Of a stretch of 64,000 bases of DNA, positions 1-10,507 are shown piece by piece (within the stretch, counting starts at the first letter, position 1; each line of letters begins with the position of its first letter). The position numbers and the translations under genes are program-made. Under the pieces are notes generated by a model. The model ran no database searches and was not told the origin of the DNA. It was given only the letters and a program-made list of their open reading frames with translations. The stretch is from Bacillales bacterium UBA7581 (GTDB lineage: Bacteria > Bacillota_I > Bacilli_A > RFN20 > CAG-826), in contig DLKT01000060.1 of NCBI GenBank assembly GCA_002477825.1, positions 16,616-80,615 on the forward strand. Reading direction: 5' to 3'.

Positions 1-969
1 CACATAGTCGCCTAAAGGTTCTTCAGAATAAGCATAACAGACCGTATAATAACGATCGTCGTAGTGGTTTACTGAATAAGTTAAATAATATAGGCCATTT
101 GGAGATTTCAACATAAATGGGCCTTCTGCAACTTTAAATCCAGAATAAGCTTCCCAAACTAATAGATTGCTTCTTATTGTTTTAGGTGTTGGTTCTCCTG
201 GACGAATTAAGATTTTATATGTATCCCAATTTGGAGTCACTGGGTCAAGCATTTCAACACCAACGATGTATTGCATAATTCCAGTATCATAAATGGAATA
301 ATACATATAAATACTGCCATCATCATCAAATAATAGGGTTTGGTCTAAAGCACTTAATCCTAAGGTGTCATTGTGACGGAAAAGTGGTTCTTTAGAACCA
401 TCAACCATTTGATTATGGGCATTCTTTCCTTTATAAGGAACAAATGGTCCAGTCGGTGATTCCGAAGTCATAACGTTAATATAACGTAAGCCTGTTTCTT
501 TTGAATTATCACTATAATAAAGCCAATAAAGATCAGCATAATAATACACTTCTGGTGCAAAAAGAATCTTTTGCCCCCAATAGTCATCAGGGGTGTCTTC
601 AATATTCATATATAGTTTATAGTTATTGAAGTCCTCTGTTTCATAACAATCTAGCGTTTTTGAACCGGTACGATCCGTCGTACCATAAACATAGTATTTA
701 TCACCAACTTCAATAACAGATGGATCAGGTAAAGGCATGGCTTTTAAATCGTTACGGTACCATTTTGAAGTATCAAAATCTGCCTTTGTTCCCATACTAT
801 AATCTTCATAATCCAAATTTGTACTTGTTGGTTTTTGTTGATCTTCTAAAGCTACTTCTGAAGTTTCAACCGTCGATGTTGACTTTGAAGTGCCTGGTTG
901 ATCGGTAGGGCCACAACTCACGAGCAAAAGTAATAGTCCTGCAATACTCATTATTTTTCTTTTCTTCAT
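1..969 (-). CDS. Glycoside hydrolase family 43-like lipoprotein (3'-partial, C-terminus off-window)
   Basis: Minus-strand ORF running off the left edge. The N-terminus MKKRKIMSIAGLLLLLVSCG is a lipobox. The body contains the GH43-like motif EGPFMLKSPNGLYYLTYS. It is paralogous to the next gene. Confidence 0.6.
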   Translation of the reverse strand, partial: MKKRKIMSIAGLLLLLVSCGPTDQPGTSKSTSTVETSEVALEDQQKPTSTNLDYEDYSMGTKADFDTSKWYRNDLKAMPLPDPSVIEVGDKYYVYGTTDRTGSKTLDCYETEDFNNYKLYMNIEDTPDDYWGQKILFAPEVYYYADLYWLYYSDNSKETGLRYINVMTSESPTGPFVPYKGKNAHNQMVDGSKEPLFRHNDTLGLSALDQTLLFDDDGSIYMYYSIYDTGIMQYIVGVEMLDPVTPNWDTYKILIRPGEPTPKTIRSNLLVWEAYSGFKVAEGPFMLKSPNGLYYLTYSVNHYDDRYYTVCYAYSEEPLGDYV

Positions 970-986
970 AAAATTATCTACTCCTT

Positions 987-2171
987 TTAACCAATAAAAC
1001 TTGGTCCATCCAATTCAATGCCATAAGAAGGTTTATACTTTACTTCTTTTTCTGTTTCTGGATCAATATAGGAGACATATGGGAATCCCTTGTCATCCCA
1101 ACGTAATTTATCCATAAATAAATGTCTGTCACGGAAATTATCATCCTTACTAAAAGAATGGTAGTAAATCCATAAGTCACCTTTATCATCTTTTAAGATG
1201 CTATTATGACCAGGGCCAGCAACCTTTTTATCCGAGCTTGTTCCTGCCCAAACTACTAATTCTCCATATGTTTGTCCAGAACCAGATGCGGTTAATTTCT
1301 TTCCACTTGCATCTACATAAGGACCTGCAATATTTTTACTTCTTCCTACATAAACTCGATAGGTGGAATTGCTAGATTCACAACATGTTCCTGCACTACC
1401 AAAGTAATAGTAATATTCACCTTCTTTGATAATGTAGCTACCTTCATAAGTTGAACCATCCCAACCACCTGGACGTCCTGCGATTAAAACTTTATTGTCA
1501 TATTGATATTCGATACCGTTATATAAATCCATACCATCTTCGGTTAATTCTAAAAGATATAAACCTTGAAAGGATCCAACAGCCATATAGACTCTTCCGT
1601 CATCATCAACAATAACTTGTGGATCAATACAGTTTTGAATTCCGATTTCATCTAAATCAAATAGTTTTCCGTGATCTTCATATGGCCCATCAATATTTTC
1701 ACTAGTAGCGTAACCAACACCACAGCATTTTCCCCAAGCACTTAAGGAATAATAATAAATCCAAGTATCTCCAATCTTAATTACATCAGGTGCCCAAATA
1801 CCAAAGCCAGCGCCAGATTCATTTGGATAGATATCTTTCCACCAACCTGGAATATCAATGATTTTAGGTGTAACTAATTCAAAATTACATCCGTCTTCAC
1901 TTTTTAATAAAACACCACCCGTGGCAAATACATAAAGGTTGCCATCATCGCCTTTAACAATGGAAGGATCCGCGATTCCGCCTTTATATTCGCTTCCAGT
2001 ACTATAAGTTACCGCTACAGGATTTTGATAAACTTCATTATAATACTCTACTGGTGCTGTTGTTGTCGGTGCAGTTGTTGGAACTTCTGTTGTTGGATGA
2101 TTAGTTCCACAACTTACTAATAACGTTTCTAAACAAGCTAAAGTTCCGATTAATAATTTACTCTTTTTCAT
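987..2171 (-). CDS. GH43 family glycoside hydrolase lipoprotein (arabinanase / beta-xylosidase / alpha-L-arabinofuranosidase type)
   Basis: Lipobox LVSCG. GH43 blocks ADPSIVKGDDGNLYVF, WAPDVIKIGDTWIYYYS and EGSYIIKEGEYYYYF, carrying the catalytic Asp and Glu context. Confidence 0.8.
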   Translation of the reverse strand: MKKSKLLIGTLACLETLLVSCGTNHPTTEVPTTAPTTTAPVEYYNEVYQNPVAVTYSTGSEYKGGIADPSIVKGDDGNLYVFATGGVLLKSEDGCNFELVTPKIIDIPGWWKDIYPNESGAGFGIWAPDVIKIGDTWIYYYSLSAWGKCCGVGYATSENIDGPYEDHGKLFDLDEIGIQNCIDPQVIVDDDGRVYMAVGSFQGLYLLELTEDGMDLYNGIEYQYDNKVLIAGRPGGWDGSTYEGSYIIKEGEYYYYFGSAGTCCESSNSTYRVYVGRSKNIAGPYVDASGKKLTASGSGQTYGELVVWAGTSSDKKVAGPGHNSILKDDKGDLWIYYHSFSKDDNFRDRHLFMDKLRWDDKGFPYVSYIDPETEKEVKYKPSYGIELDGPSFIG

Positions 2172-4291
2172 CTTGCGCCCTCCTTAATATCTAAGTTGAT
2201 GAAATGATAATTTCTAAATATTCCACTTGCGTGGTTATTCATCATGCCCAGTTGTCCAGGCAAATGACGGAAAATATCTTCTGTCTCATAAACCATTTGT
2301 TCATTGAGATAGAATCGTAATTTCTTTTCTTCTTTACGAATTTTTAAAACAAAGGTATTTTCTTTGTTTTTTTTCTTTTTCCAAACGACTTTACTATGAT
2401 CATAGTTTGCGTTAATGATTTGAAACTCATTTTGATTTAACACAAACATCCAGCCCATTAAAGAATAGGCATTTTCGAATTCGTTTGTTTTTCCATAATG
2501 AGAAACGTCGCTCACTAAGCCAATAAATCTATCATTTTTTGTAGGATTTCCAACTAAAGTTACTTTGGCTTCCAATTCATAGTACAAATATTTTTCCTTT
2601 GTCAAAATTGCATTGCGATCATTTTCAAAATAAAAGCCATTTTCCATCGGTAGATATCGATATAAAATATCCGCGTGCTTTAGGAAACGGTCATGATGCA
2701 ACATTGCCACTGGATAATCATGTTGTCGAATGAATAAAACTTCTTTTGTTGGTTTTATGTTTGAAAAAGAAATTTTATGCTTTCCTTTTTTCAAAAATAA
2801 AGTAGTGATGTAATTCTTTCCTTTATGTAAAGAAATAGAATATTTTTGTTGATTGATTTGCAATTCAATTTCTTGTTCTTTTTCACTTGAAAGAAATACA
2901 TCGTAATCTTGAGAAACATCCACTAATAAACTTGTTTCATAATGTTTTTTCTTTCTTATGGTATTTGCTAAGAAGAAATTTTCTTTCTTTATCGCTTCTT
3001 GATCACTGCTACCATAAGCATGGAAAGAATAAGCTAAATAGGATTCACTGAGTTGATTGTTGAAGAAACCAATTTGACCTTCTACAATCTTTATTTTCTT
3101 TTTTAAAGTGACTTCCATATCGTCTAGATAAATAGTAATTCTTTCTTTTGCATATTGAATGCGAACTGAATGAAATACATCTAATCTGTATATTTTTTTT
3201 AGTTTTTGAGAAAAAAGAATTGTTTCTTTTTCATGATCTTTCGCTATGATATCGATATGATCTTCAAACATTTGAAGATATTGATATTGATTTTCATTCT
3301 CATAGGAAAGAATTAAGCGCACATCTTTTCCTAAGAAGTTATATTCACTAGAGAATCTTTGATTCGGCATTTTTTCTAATGAAAGATAATTTGAAGTTTG
3401 AATTCTTTTTTCAAAATAGGGACGTTCCCATTGAATATTTCTCTCAATAGAAACACCATTACATAACATTTGCCCATATGAATCAAACATCAAACGCGTA
3501 ATATTCAAATATCGATTATGATTGGGCATCATATTATGATAAGCCAAATAATAACTATCTAAATTTGGACCTAGGAATGTCATTGAATGTCCTAGTCCAT
3601 AGAATTGATCCAAAGTAGAAATTAGTAAAGTGTCCTGAAACTTTAAGCCATCTTTACATAATTTTTTTCCACTTGAGTAATCAACGCGATAAGCATTACT
3701 TAAAAAATGTGTACCTGTATAAGTCAAATAATAAATTCCATAACGTTTTAATAAATAAGGACCTTCTGTCCAGTTTCCAATAGATGATTCATCGAAATTA
3801 TAATAATCATCAAATAAATCGAAATCCGTTTTTTCTTTGCTTTCTTTAAAACGTTTGATTGTAATTCCTGATTCACTTGCTCTTAAAAAATACTTTTCAC
3901 CATCTGAATCTTTAAAGAAACTTCCATCAATAAGCTCTTGAATATTTCCGTGCCAAGGTTCATATGGTCCTTCTAAAGAAGTTGAACGATAAATGCGATG
4001 CCCATTTCCTGAAGGTGAACTTACGATATAGAAATAGCCATTATCATAAGTAAGCTCTGGAGCAAAAGCATGTTTTAAATATTCATCTTCTGCCACAACG
4101 CCATCTTCATGAACATATTCCCAATGAATTAAGTCAAAAGATTTTTGTAGCACAAGGCCTTTGTCTTTTGTACAAAGCAAATAATAAAAGCCGTTATGTT
4201 TATAAATGAAAGGATCAGCGGCGCCTTTACTAACGCCGCCGTTTCCTTTTCGGTTCATAATATTTTTATAGAATTGAATTCCCTTTTCCAT
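2168..4291 (-). CDS. Cytoplasmic GH43-like glycoside hydrolase with a long C-terminal extension
   Basis: N-terminal five-bladed-propeller motifs GAADPFIYKHNGFYYL and EGPYLLKRYGIYYLTYTG. No signal peptide. About 350 aa of C-terminal region with unknown fold. Overlaps the downstream gene by 4 bp, suggesting translational coupling. Confidence 0.65.
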   Translation of the reverse strand: MEKGIQFYKNIMNRKGNGGVSKGAADPFIYKHNGFYYLLCTKDKGLVLQKSFDLIHWEYVHEDGVVAEDEYLKHAFAPELTYDNGYFYIVSSPSGNGHRIYRSTSLEGPYEPWHGNIQELIDGSFFKDSDGEKYFLRASESGITIKRFKESKEKTDFDLFDDYYNFDESSIGNWTEGPYLLKRYGIYYLTYTGTHFLSNAYRVDYSSGKKLCKDGLKFQDTLLISTLDQFYGLGHSMTFLGPNLDSYYLAYHNMMPNHNRYLNITRLMFDSYGQMLCNGVSIERNIQWERPYFEKRIQTSNYLSLEKMPNQRFSSEYNFLGKDVRLILSYENENQYQYLQMFEDHIDIIAKDHEKETILFSQKLKKIYRLDVFHSVRIQYAKERITIYLDDMEVTLKKKIKIVEGQIGFFNNQLSESYLAYSFHAYGSSDQEAIKKENFFLANTIRKKKHYETSLLVDVSQDYDVFLSSEKEQEIELQINQQKYSISLHKGKNYITTLFLKKGKHKISFSNIKPTKEVLFIRQHDYPVAMLHHDRFLKHADILYRYLPMENGFYFENDRNAILTKEKYLYYELEAKVTLVGNPTKNDRFIGLVSDVSHYGKTNEFENAYSLMGWMFVLNQNEFQIINANYDHSKVVWKKKKNKENTFVLKIRKEEKKLRFYLNEQMVYETEDIFRHLPGQLGMMNNHASGIFRNYHFINLDIKEGAR

Positions 4292-4293
4292 AA

Positions 4294-6693
4294 TTACTTA
4301 ATGGTATCTCCACTACCGATATCAAAAACAAGCACTTTTTCACCATTGAAGGTTAATTGAATTTCGGTGTGTGGTTTCACTAGAGTTCCCGTAGCAATCT
4401 TGGCGATTAAATCCATTCCATGCCATGGAGTGTGAACGAGTAATTCACTACCCATTAATTCAACAACGCCGGTTTCAACTGTGAAAGCCTTGGTCTTTTT
4501 AGGATTTGTGTATTCTTCATCAAGATGAATGTGCTCTGGACGAATACCCATTTTGACTGGATGAACACCCGTTAAAGCTTGTTCAAATTGATGATAAAGA
4601 TTTAACGCAACATCATAAAGATTGTTGATAAAGGCAATATTGACAGAATTGAGGTTGACTTTAATTCCCTTTGATTTGTCTTTACCCTTTTTCTTTTGAT
4701 AATAAAGCGTTTCTTCTTGTTTTTCTTCTTGTTCAGAGAATGCTTGTGCATTGTGAAGTTTTCCAATATCCTCTGAAGCAATCTTTTCGAAGGTTAAAAG
4801 TTCGCGGCGAACTTGAGGCATCCATTCATTTTTAATGTTTTTAGAAAGAACTTTTTCACCATTAATCGCAGTTAATGCACGAATAATTGGCTCAGCTCCT
4901 TTATCAACATTTTCTTCTGTTAAATGAATTGCTTGTTGAATTGCTTGTTGATAAGCTAAGAAGGTTTTTTGTGAATTATCTCCTGAGTAACTAGCAAGTT
5001 CTTGATTAGCTTTACTTAGATATGCGGTTAGAATATTGCATGCATTAATGCCATATTCATCTTCAATCGTTTTCGTTACTTCAAGAATTTCTTCCATCTT
5101 CTTAATGTTATTAATCTTCTTAACATATTCTAAATCATGTTTTAATGCATCTTTTGAATCCGTAATGAATGGCAATAAAAGAGCACTCATTTGATCGGTA
5201 TAATTGGATGGAACACGTTTTAAATCATCCAATAATTTACGGATAGTTTTTTCAAAATGGTCCATTTCAAAGAAGTCATTCGTGTGGAATACTCCGTCTA
5301 AAATCTTTAAAGCATGCATTTTCTTGAAATCTGGTAAAGAAAGCATTCTTTCCATATCAGCAAGTTTTTCTTGATAGAAGCGATCGTGTTTTTCTACAAA
5401 TTCTTTTCCTAATTTGATTTGATATCCATTAGGTAACACTAATGTACCTTTCTTATAGGTAGCTTTAATAATATTCATTGCTGGCGAACCAATGAAAGTG
5501 GCAACGAAAATATTTTTTGGATGAGAATAGATTTCTTGTGGTTCACCTATTTGTTGTACCCAACCCTTGGACATAACTGCAATTTTGGTTGCCATAGTCA
5601 TAGCTTCGGTTTGGTCGTGCGTAACATAAATGGTTGTTGCACCAATTTGTTCATGAATACGAACAATTTCACTACGCATTTGTACTCTTAACTTAGCGTC
5701 CAAGTTACTTAAAGGTTCGTCCATTAAGAATAATTTTGCGTTTCTAACGATAGCTCTTCCTAAAGCAACACGTTGCATTTGTCCACCTGATAATTCCTTA
5801 GGACGACGATCTAAATAAGGTCCTAAATCCAAAATGCGAGCAGCTTCAAATACTTTATTACGAATTTCTTCGCTAGTTAATCTTTCTTCTTGGTAAATAA
5901 GATTTCCATTTTCATCAAGATAACGGTATTCATCATCTAATTTAAAGCCTTCCGCAAGCATACGTTCATTTTCTTGAGCGATTGCTTGTAGAGCGTCGTT
6001 TTTAATTTTTTCTTTTAGAGTAATTCCACCCTCTAAAAGAGTATCAAAAGATGATTCATTAACAATCGGATATTTTAAAATAATATCCGATGCTTTATCA
6101 CAAATATGTAAACGAGTGCTTACATAGCCCCTGCGTGTCGTGTAATTTAAGTTTTTATCTTTTGCATCAACGATTGCAGCGGCAATTTCGTGTGGATTTT
6201 CCATCAAACGTAATACTTCATTCCATGCAACTAAAGTCACATTTCTTTTTGGTTTACGATATTTACGCACACGAAGTGGGAAAGCAATGTTATCATATAC
6301 TGTCATTTGAGGATATAATGCATAGCTTTGGAAAACCATGGAGATGTCACGGTCTTTACTTGGAAGGTAGTTGGATAAAATTTTATTAATATAAAGATAA
6401 CCACTTGTAATGTCTTCTAAGCCCGCAATCATTCTTAACGTTGTCGATTTTCCACATCCAGATGGTCCAACTAAAACAATAAAATCATGTTCTTTAATAT
6501 CAATATTAAAATCATAAACTGCTTGGATTCCATTCGGATAAATTTTGTTAATATCTTTTAGGGTGACAAAGGCTTCGACATCGCCATTACTCACAAGGTT
6601 ACCATGCTCTTTAAGTATTTTTTTGGCGTCTTTTTCTGGAACAACTGTGCTTCCATCAATTGGCTCATAGCCTACTTTTTCTTCTTTTTCCAT
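4294..6693 (-). CDS. Sugar ABC transporter ATP-binding protein (MsmK/MalK family) with a large insertion in the nucleotide-binding domain and an extended C-terminus
   Basis: Walker A GPSGCGKST, Q-loop MVFQSYALYP, signature LSGGQMQRVALGRA, Walker B LFLMDEPLSNLDA and H-loop YVTHDQ. About 145 aa are inserted between the Q-loop and the signature motif. The protein is 799 aa versus about 370 aa for a typical MalK. Confidence 0.85.
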   Translation of the reverse strand: MEKEEKVGYEPIDGSTVVPEKDAKKILKEHGNLVSNGDVEAFVTLKDINKIYPNGIQAVYDFNIDIKEHDFIVLVGPSGCGKSTTLRMIAGLEDITSGYLYINKILSNYLPSKDRDISMVFQSYALYPQMTVYDNIAFPLRVRKYRKPKRNVTLVAWNEVLRLMENPHEIAAAIVDAKDKNLNYTTRRGYVSTRLHICDKASDIILKYPIVNESSFDTLLEGGITLKEKIKNDALQAIAQENERMLAEGFKLDDEYRYLDENGNLIYQEERLTSEEIRNKVFEAARILDLGPYLDRRPKELSGGQMQRVALGRAIVRNAKLFLMDEPLSNLDAKLRVQMRSEIVRIHEQIGATTIYVTHDQTEAMTMATKIAVMSKGWVQQIGEPQEIYSHPKNIFVATFIGSPAMNIIKATYKKGTLVLPNGYQIKLGKEFVEKHDRFYQEKLADMERMLSLPDFKKMHALKILDGVFHTNDFFEMDHFEKTIRKLLDDLKRVPSNYTDQMSALLLPFITDSKDALKHDLEYVKKINNIKKMEEILEVTKTIEDEYGINACNILTAYLSKANQELASYSGDNSQKTFLAYQQAIQQAIHLTEENVDKGAEPIIRALTAINGEKVLSKNIKNEWMPQVRRELLTFEKIASEDIGKLHNAQAFSEQEEKQEETLYYQKKKGKDKSKGIKVNLNSVNIAFINNLYDVALNLYHQFEQALTGVHPVKMGIRPEHIHLDEEYTNPKKTKAFTVETGVVELMGSELLVHTPWHGMDLIAKIATGTLVKPHTEIQLTFNGEKVLVFDIGSGDTIK

Positions 6694-6705
6694 TTTGTTT
6701 CCTCC

Positions 6706-8487
6706 TTATCTACTTTCCTTTTTATAACCATTAACTTCTAAACTATCATTCATCTCTTTAATTATAGATGGATCTATTTTGAACTTTCGATCAAAAGTCA
6801 TTAAACCATTGACCTCTTGTTCTACGTCTGTTAGTTGCGTATAGCAGATTCCTTGTAAGCAACTTGATTTTTGAATAGCTGCATAAATTCTTCTTAAATC
6901 CGCCTCATATTCTTCTTCACTGCTGCTTGTGGTATATCCCCAAGCTTTTCCACCAGTATCTTTTTTGAAGGCCACTCCGCCAAATTCAGAAAGAATAATG
7001 GGTTGTCCTTCATCTTTGAAACCTGGATTAATAATGAAGCGATTAATCATTTCAAATTTTGTAATCTCTTCTCTTGAAGATAAATCTCTAATAAAGCGAA
7101 GATATTTTTCTTTTTCTTCTTTTCCACCATGTCCATAATTATGAACTGTTATTAAATCCGTTTTGCAATGTTCCCAGCCATCATTTGAAACCACTAAACG
7201 TGAAGAGTCTAATGAATGAATTGAATAATAAAGTGACATTGCAAAGGCTTGAATTTCTTTATCATAAGGAATGCCTTCAACACCCCAAGATTCATTTAAT
7301 GGCGTGTAACAAATAATAGAAGGATGATTGTAGTTATTTTTCACAATATCGATCCATTCATTGAGCATACGTCTTTGACTGTAGGAATTGAATCCATAAT
7401 TGGATGCACATTCTTGCCAAATTAAGAATCCTTTCTTATCGCATAAATATAAGAAATAAGGATCTTCTGTTTTTTGATGAATTCGGCATCCATTAAATCC
7501 CATTTTCATCATATAATCAATGTCATTTTCCATGTCTTGAATGGTTGGTGCCGTTAAAACACCTCGTGGATAATAACCTTGATTTAATACAAGTTTTTGA
7601 TAAATGGGCTCATTGTTTAAAAGTACATAACCATCTTTTGTTATTACTTCTCGAATTCCTAAATAAGAGCGAACTTCATCTTTTAATTCATTTTTTTCAT
7701 CATATAAACGAATCTTTAAACCAAAGAGGAAAGGATTCGCTAAAGTCCAAATTCGATCATTGACAAAGTCATTGGGTAAATGGAAGGTATAAATAGCCTT
7801 CTTCCCTTGTAATTCAAATCGATATGCTTTCTCTGAGCCTTGATCACGGACAATGAATTCAACAGCGCCGCAATCTGTAGTGGTTTCTAAATCAATAGAA
7901 ACTTGATATTTATCTAATTTCGTTTGAATGTAGAAATCATCGATATGTTTTTCATTAACCACTTGTAACCAAACTGGTTTATAAATACCTGTTGTTCTTG
8001 TATACCAAATTGCATGTCCTAAAGGTTCCCAATCTTGTTTACCTCTAGGGATAGAACGATCCTTTGATGGATCAAAACAATAAACAACAATATCATTTTC
8101 TTTTTTTAGATATTTTGTGATATCCACTTTAAAGCTACCATTAGAGCCATAATGTGACTTAACAAAACATCCATTTACATAAACTTCACAAAAATAGTCA
8201 ACACCTTCAAAATGAAGAATTAATCTTTCGTCTTTCTTTAAAGCAATCGATGAAAGATGCTTATGATACCAAACATGGTCATGATATGTAACATCATGTA
8301 TACCACTTAATTCAGTTTCAAAAGAGAAAGGTACCTCAATTTTCTTGCTAAATTCATGGTGATTGAACCATTTTTGCTTATGACCTATATTTTGATCGTC
8401 AAAATCAAAATCCCATGTATCACAAAGAGAGATAAAGGAATCTCGAACAAAATCAGGCCTTGGATATTCATTTCTCATTTTATTCAC
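6706..8487 (-). CDS. Glycoside hydrolase family 2 protein (beta-mannosidase / beta-galactosidase / beta-glucuronidase-like)
   Basis: GH2-like blocks NGCRIHQKTEDPYFLYLCDKKGFLIWQE and NHPSIICYTPLNESWG (compare NHPSVIIWSLGNE). No signal peptide. Confidence 0.65.
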   Translation of the reverse strand: MNKMRNEYPRPDFVRDSFISLCDTWDFDFDDQNIGHKQKWFNHHEFSKKIEVPFSFETELSGIHDVTYHDHVWYHKHLSSIALKKDERLILHFEGVDYFCEVYVNGCFVKSHYGSNGSFKVDITKYLKKENDIVVYCFDPSKDRSIPRGKQDWEPLGHAIWYTRTTGIYKPVWLQVVNEKHIDDFYIQTKLDKYQVSIDLETTTDCGAVEFIVRDQGSEKAYRFELQGKKAIYTFHLPNDFVNDRIWTLANPFLFGLKIRLYDEKNELKDEVRSYLGIREVITKDGYVLLNNEPIYQKLVLNQGYYPRGVLTAPTIQDMENDIDYMMKMGFNGCRIHQKTEDPYFLYLCDKKGFLIWQECASNYGFNSYSQRRMLNEWIDIVKNNYNHPSIICYTPLNESWGVEGIPYDKEIQAFAMSLYYSIHSLDSSRLVVSNDGWEHCKTDLITVHNYGHGGKEEKEKYLRFIRDLSSREEITKFEMINRFIINPGFKDEGQPIILSEFGGVAFKKDTGGKAWGYTTSSSEEEYEADLRRIYAAIQKSSCLQGICYTQLTDVEQEVNGLMTFDRKFKIDPSIIKEMNDSLEVNGYKKESR

Positions 8488-9438
8488 CTAGCGCTTAATA
8501 CCCGCGCCCGCCATGCCTTCAATAATTTTGTTTTGGGCAATAATATAAACAATCAATACTGGAACCAAACAGATAACACCACCCGCTAAAGCGGTGCCGA
8601 CTAAGCTTGCACTTTTTGAGTTGTTAATAATATAGGCCATACCTACTTGTAAAGTCCAACGCTTGCCATCCATTGTTCCATATAACATTTGTGGCCAAAT
8701 TAAGTCGTTCCAGCCACCCATAAAGCCAAATAAGCCTTGTACGAATAAAGCTGTTTTTCCTAATGGAAGAACAATCTTTCTAAAGATTTTTAGATTACTA
8801 TATCCATCCATTTTAGCGGATTCAACTAAATCCTTAGGTACGGCTTCAAAGAATGTCTTAATTAAATACATACCGTAAACGCCACCTAAACCTGGAATAA
8901 TTAAAGCGAGAACGCCCACTTTATGTAGTTTCATTCCAAATACGATACTTTGGTTACCAACTGCAGTTGCTGCACCTGGAATAACCATGGTAGCAATCAA
9001 AATGCCAAAGATAACATTGCGATAACGGAAATCTAAGAATACAAATGCGTACGCTGCTAAAGAAGCAACAACTAAATATAATAATGTTCCCCCAATAGCG
9101 CTAAAGCAAGTATTCAAAAACCAACGTCCAATTTGATAATCTTGTGTTTTGTTATGAATAATGCCGTCAGGAAATACATTTGTTAATAAGATTTTGTAGT
9201 TCTCTAGTGTATAGCCACTATGAGGTCTAAATAATTCTTTAGGATATGCCATAGCATCTTGGAATCCTCTTAATGATCCAAAAAACATAATTAAGAAGGG
9301 TGATATCCAAATGATGCAAAATATGGTTAAGAAAGCGAAAGAAAGAATCTTTCCCCAATTCATTTTCTTGTGCTCGCCCATGGCTTTCTTTTTTTCGAAG
9401 CCGATGTATTGTTCGATGGTTATCTTGCTTTTGTCCAT
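8488..9438 (-). CDS. Carbohydrate ABC transporter permease (MalG/AraQ-like)
   Basis: Six predicted TM segments. EAA-loop-like region ESAKMDGYSNLKIFRKIVLPLGKTAL. Confidence 0.8.
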   Translation of the reverse strand: MDKSKITIEQYIGFEKKKAMGEHKKMNWGKILSFAFLTIFCIIWISPFLIMFFGSLRGFQDAMAYPKELFRPHSGYTLENYKILLTNVFPDGIIHNKTQDYQIGRWFLNTCFSAIGGTLLYLVVASLAAYAFVFLDFRYRNVIFGILIATMVIPGAATAVGNQSIVFGMKLHKVGVLALIIPGLGGVYGMYLIKTFFEAVPKDLVESAKMDGYSNLKIFRKIVLPLGKTALFVQGLFGFMGGWNDLIWPQMLYGTMDGKRWTLQVGMAYIINNSKSASLVGTALAGGVICLVPVLIVYIIAQNKIIEGMAGAGIKR

Positions 9439-10487
9439 TTTTCATACGCCTCCGAAATCTTTGTGCCAGTTTTCTTCTCTCTTGTGCAGTACATTTGAAT
9501 ACCAGAAATAAGACCTACAAAGAGAGCAAAAATAATACTTGCTGCGGCTGCTAAGCCATAGAATTTTTCTTTAAAGTTTGGGTTATTCGCAACAATATCC
9601 TGAATGAAGTAAATGACTGTAGAAACTTTTCCACCGCCAGGGACTGATGCGAGTTTCGTAAATTTTGGATATCCTGCAGTTAAAACAAAGTTCTGTCCAT
9701 ATAAACCTAAGTAACCAATAATAGTTGTAAATAAGCAAAGGACTAATTGTCCTTTAATTCCTGGAATAGTAACGCTTTTTGTTCTTTGCCATTTAGAGCA
9801 TCCATCAATTGAACAAGCTTCGTATAAATTCTTAGGAACATTTTGTAAACCTGCGCTTAAAATGATGAAGTTACCACCCCATCCGCCCCATAAGCACATG
9901 AGGAAAATAGGAATCCAAGCGTATGCGACATCAAATGTGGTTTTTCCGATTTTAAAAGTAAACCAAGAATCAACAAACCACTGTATGTCAATATTGAACA
10001 TCTGAGCAAATAAGCCCGCTTGTGTTTTAGGTAAAAAGAATAAGGTAAAAATTGTACCAGCCGCTGTTAAAGGAACAATAGATGGCATATAAATCAATGC
10101 TCTAAAGACTTTATATCCTGGCGGTTTTAAATTAACAAGAATAGCTAATCCTAAAGGTAATAAAACCGCGATAGGCACCATGATTAAAGCGAATACAAAA
10201 GTATGCAAAAATGAGCGCCAAAAGGCTTCAAATATTAATTTATTATAGCCTCTAACAAACAATATGCGATACCATCTAAAAGCGTTGAATGTTGCCTTCT
10301 CTGGAACCGAATAATTAAAGTTTGTCAAGGAAATATAAATTCCATAAAATAAAGGTAAAACGAAGAATACAATAAACGCTAACATGAATGGAAGAAGGAA
10401 AAGTATGGTGACACCATACTTTTTCAACGCTCCAATTCTTCTTGACCGTCTTTTAGCATATTCTTCTAAAACGACAGTTTTCTCCAT
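9420..10487 (-). CDS. Carbohydrate ABC transporter permease (MalF/AraP-like)
   Basis: Polytopic membrane protein. EAA-like motif EACSIDGCSKWQRTKSVTIPGIKGQL. Overlaps the downstream permease gene. Confidence 0.8.
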   Translation of the reverse strand: MEKTVVLEEYAKRRSRRIGALKKYGVTILFLLPFMLAFIVFFVLPLFYGIYISLTNFNYSVPEKATFNAFRWYRILFVRGYNKLIFEAFWRSFLHTFVFALIMVPIAVLLPLGLAILVNLKPPGYKVFRALIYMPSIVPLTAAGTIFTLFFLPKTQAGLFAQMFNIDIQWFVDSWFTFKIGKTTFDVAYAWIPIFLMCLWGGWGGNFIILSAGLQNVPKNLYEACSIDGCSKWQRTKSVTIPGIKGQLVLCLFTTIIGYLGLYGQNFVLTAGYPKFTKLASVPGGGKVSTVIYFIQDIVANNPNFKEKFYGLAAAASIIFALFVGLISGIQMYCTREKKTGTKISEAYEKWTKAR

Positions 10488-10507
10488 TTTTAAATTCCTT
10501 TTTCTTT

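Noticed and set aside
6090-6389. Short plus-strand ORFs in the track that lie antisense inside long minus-strand genes (for example 6090-6389, 6929-7138, 18031-18270, 20030-20356, 38037-38288)
   Set aside because: All are fully embedded antisense to well-supported coding sequences with recognisable motifs. No RBS or conservation signal. Treated as spurious.
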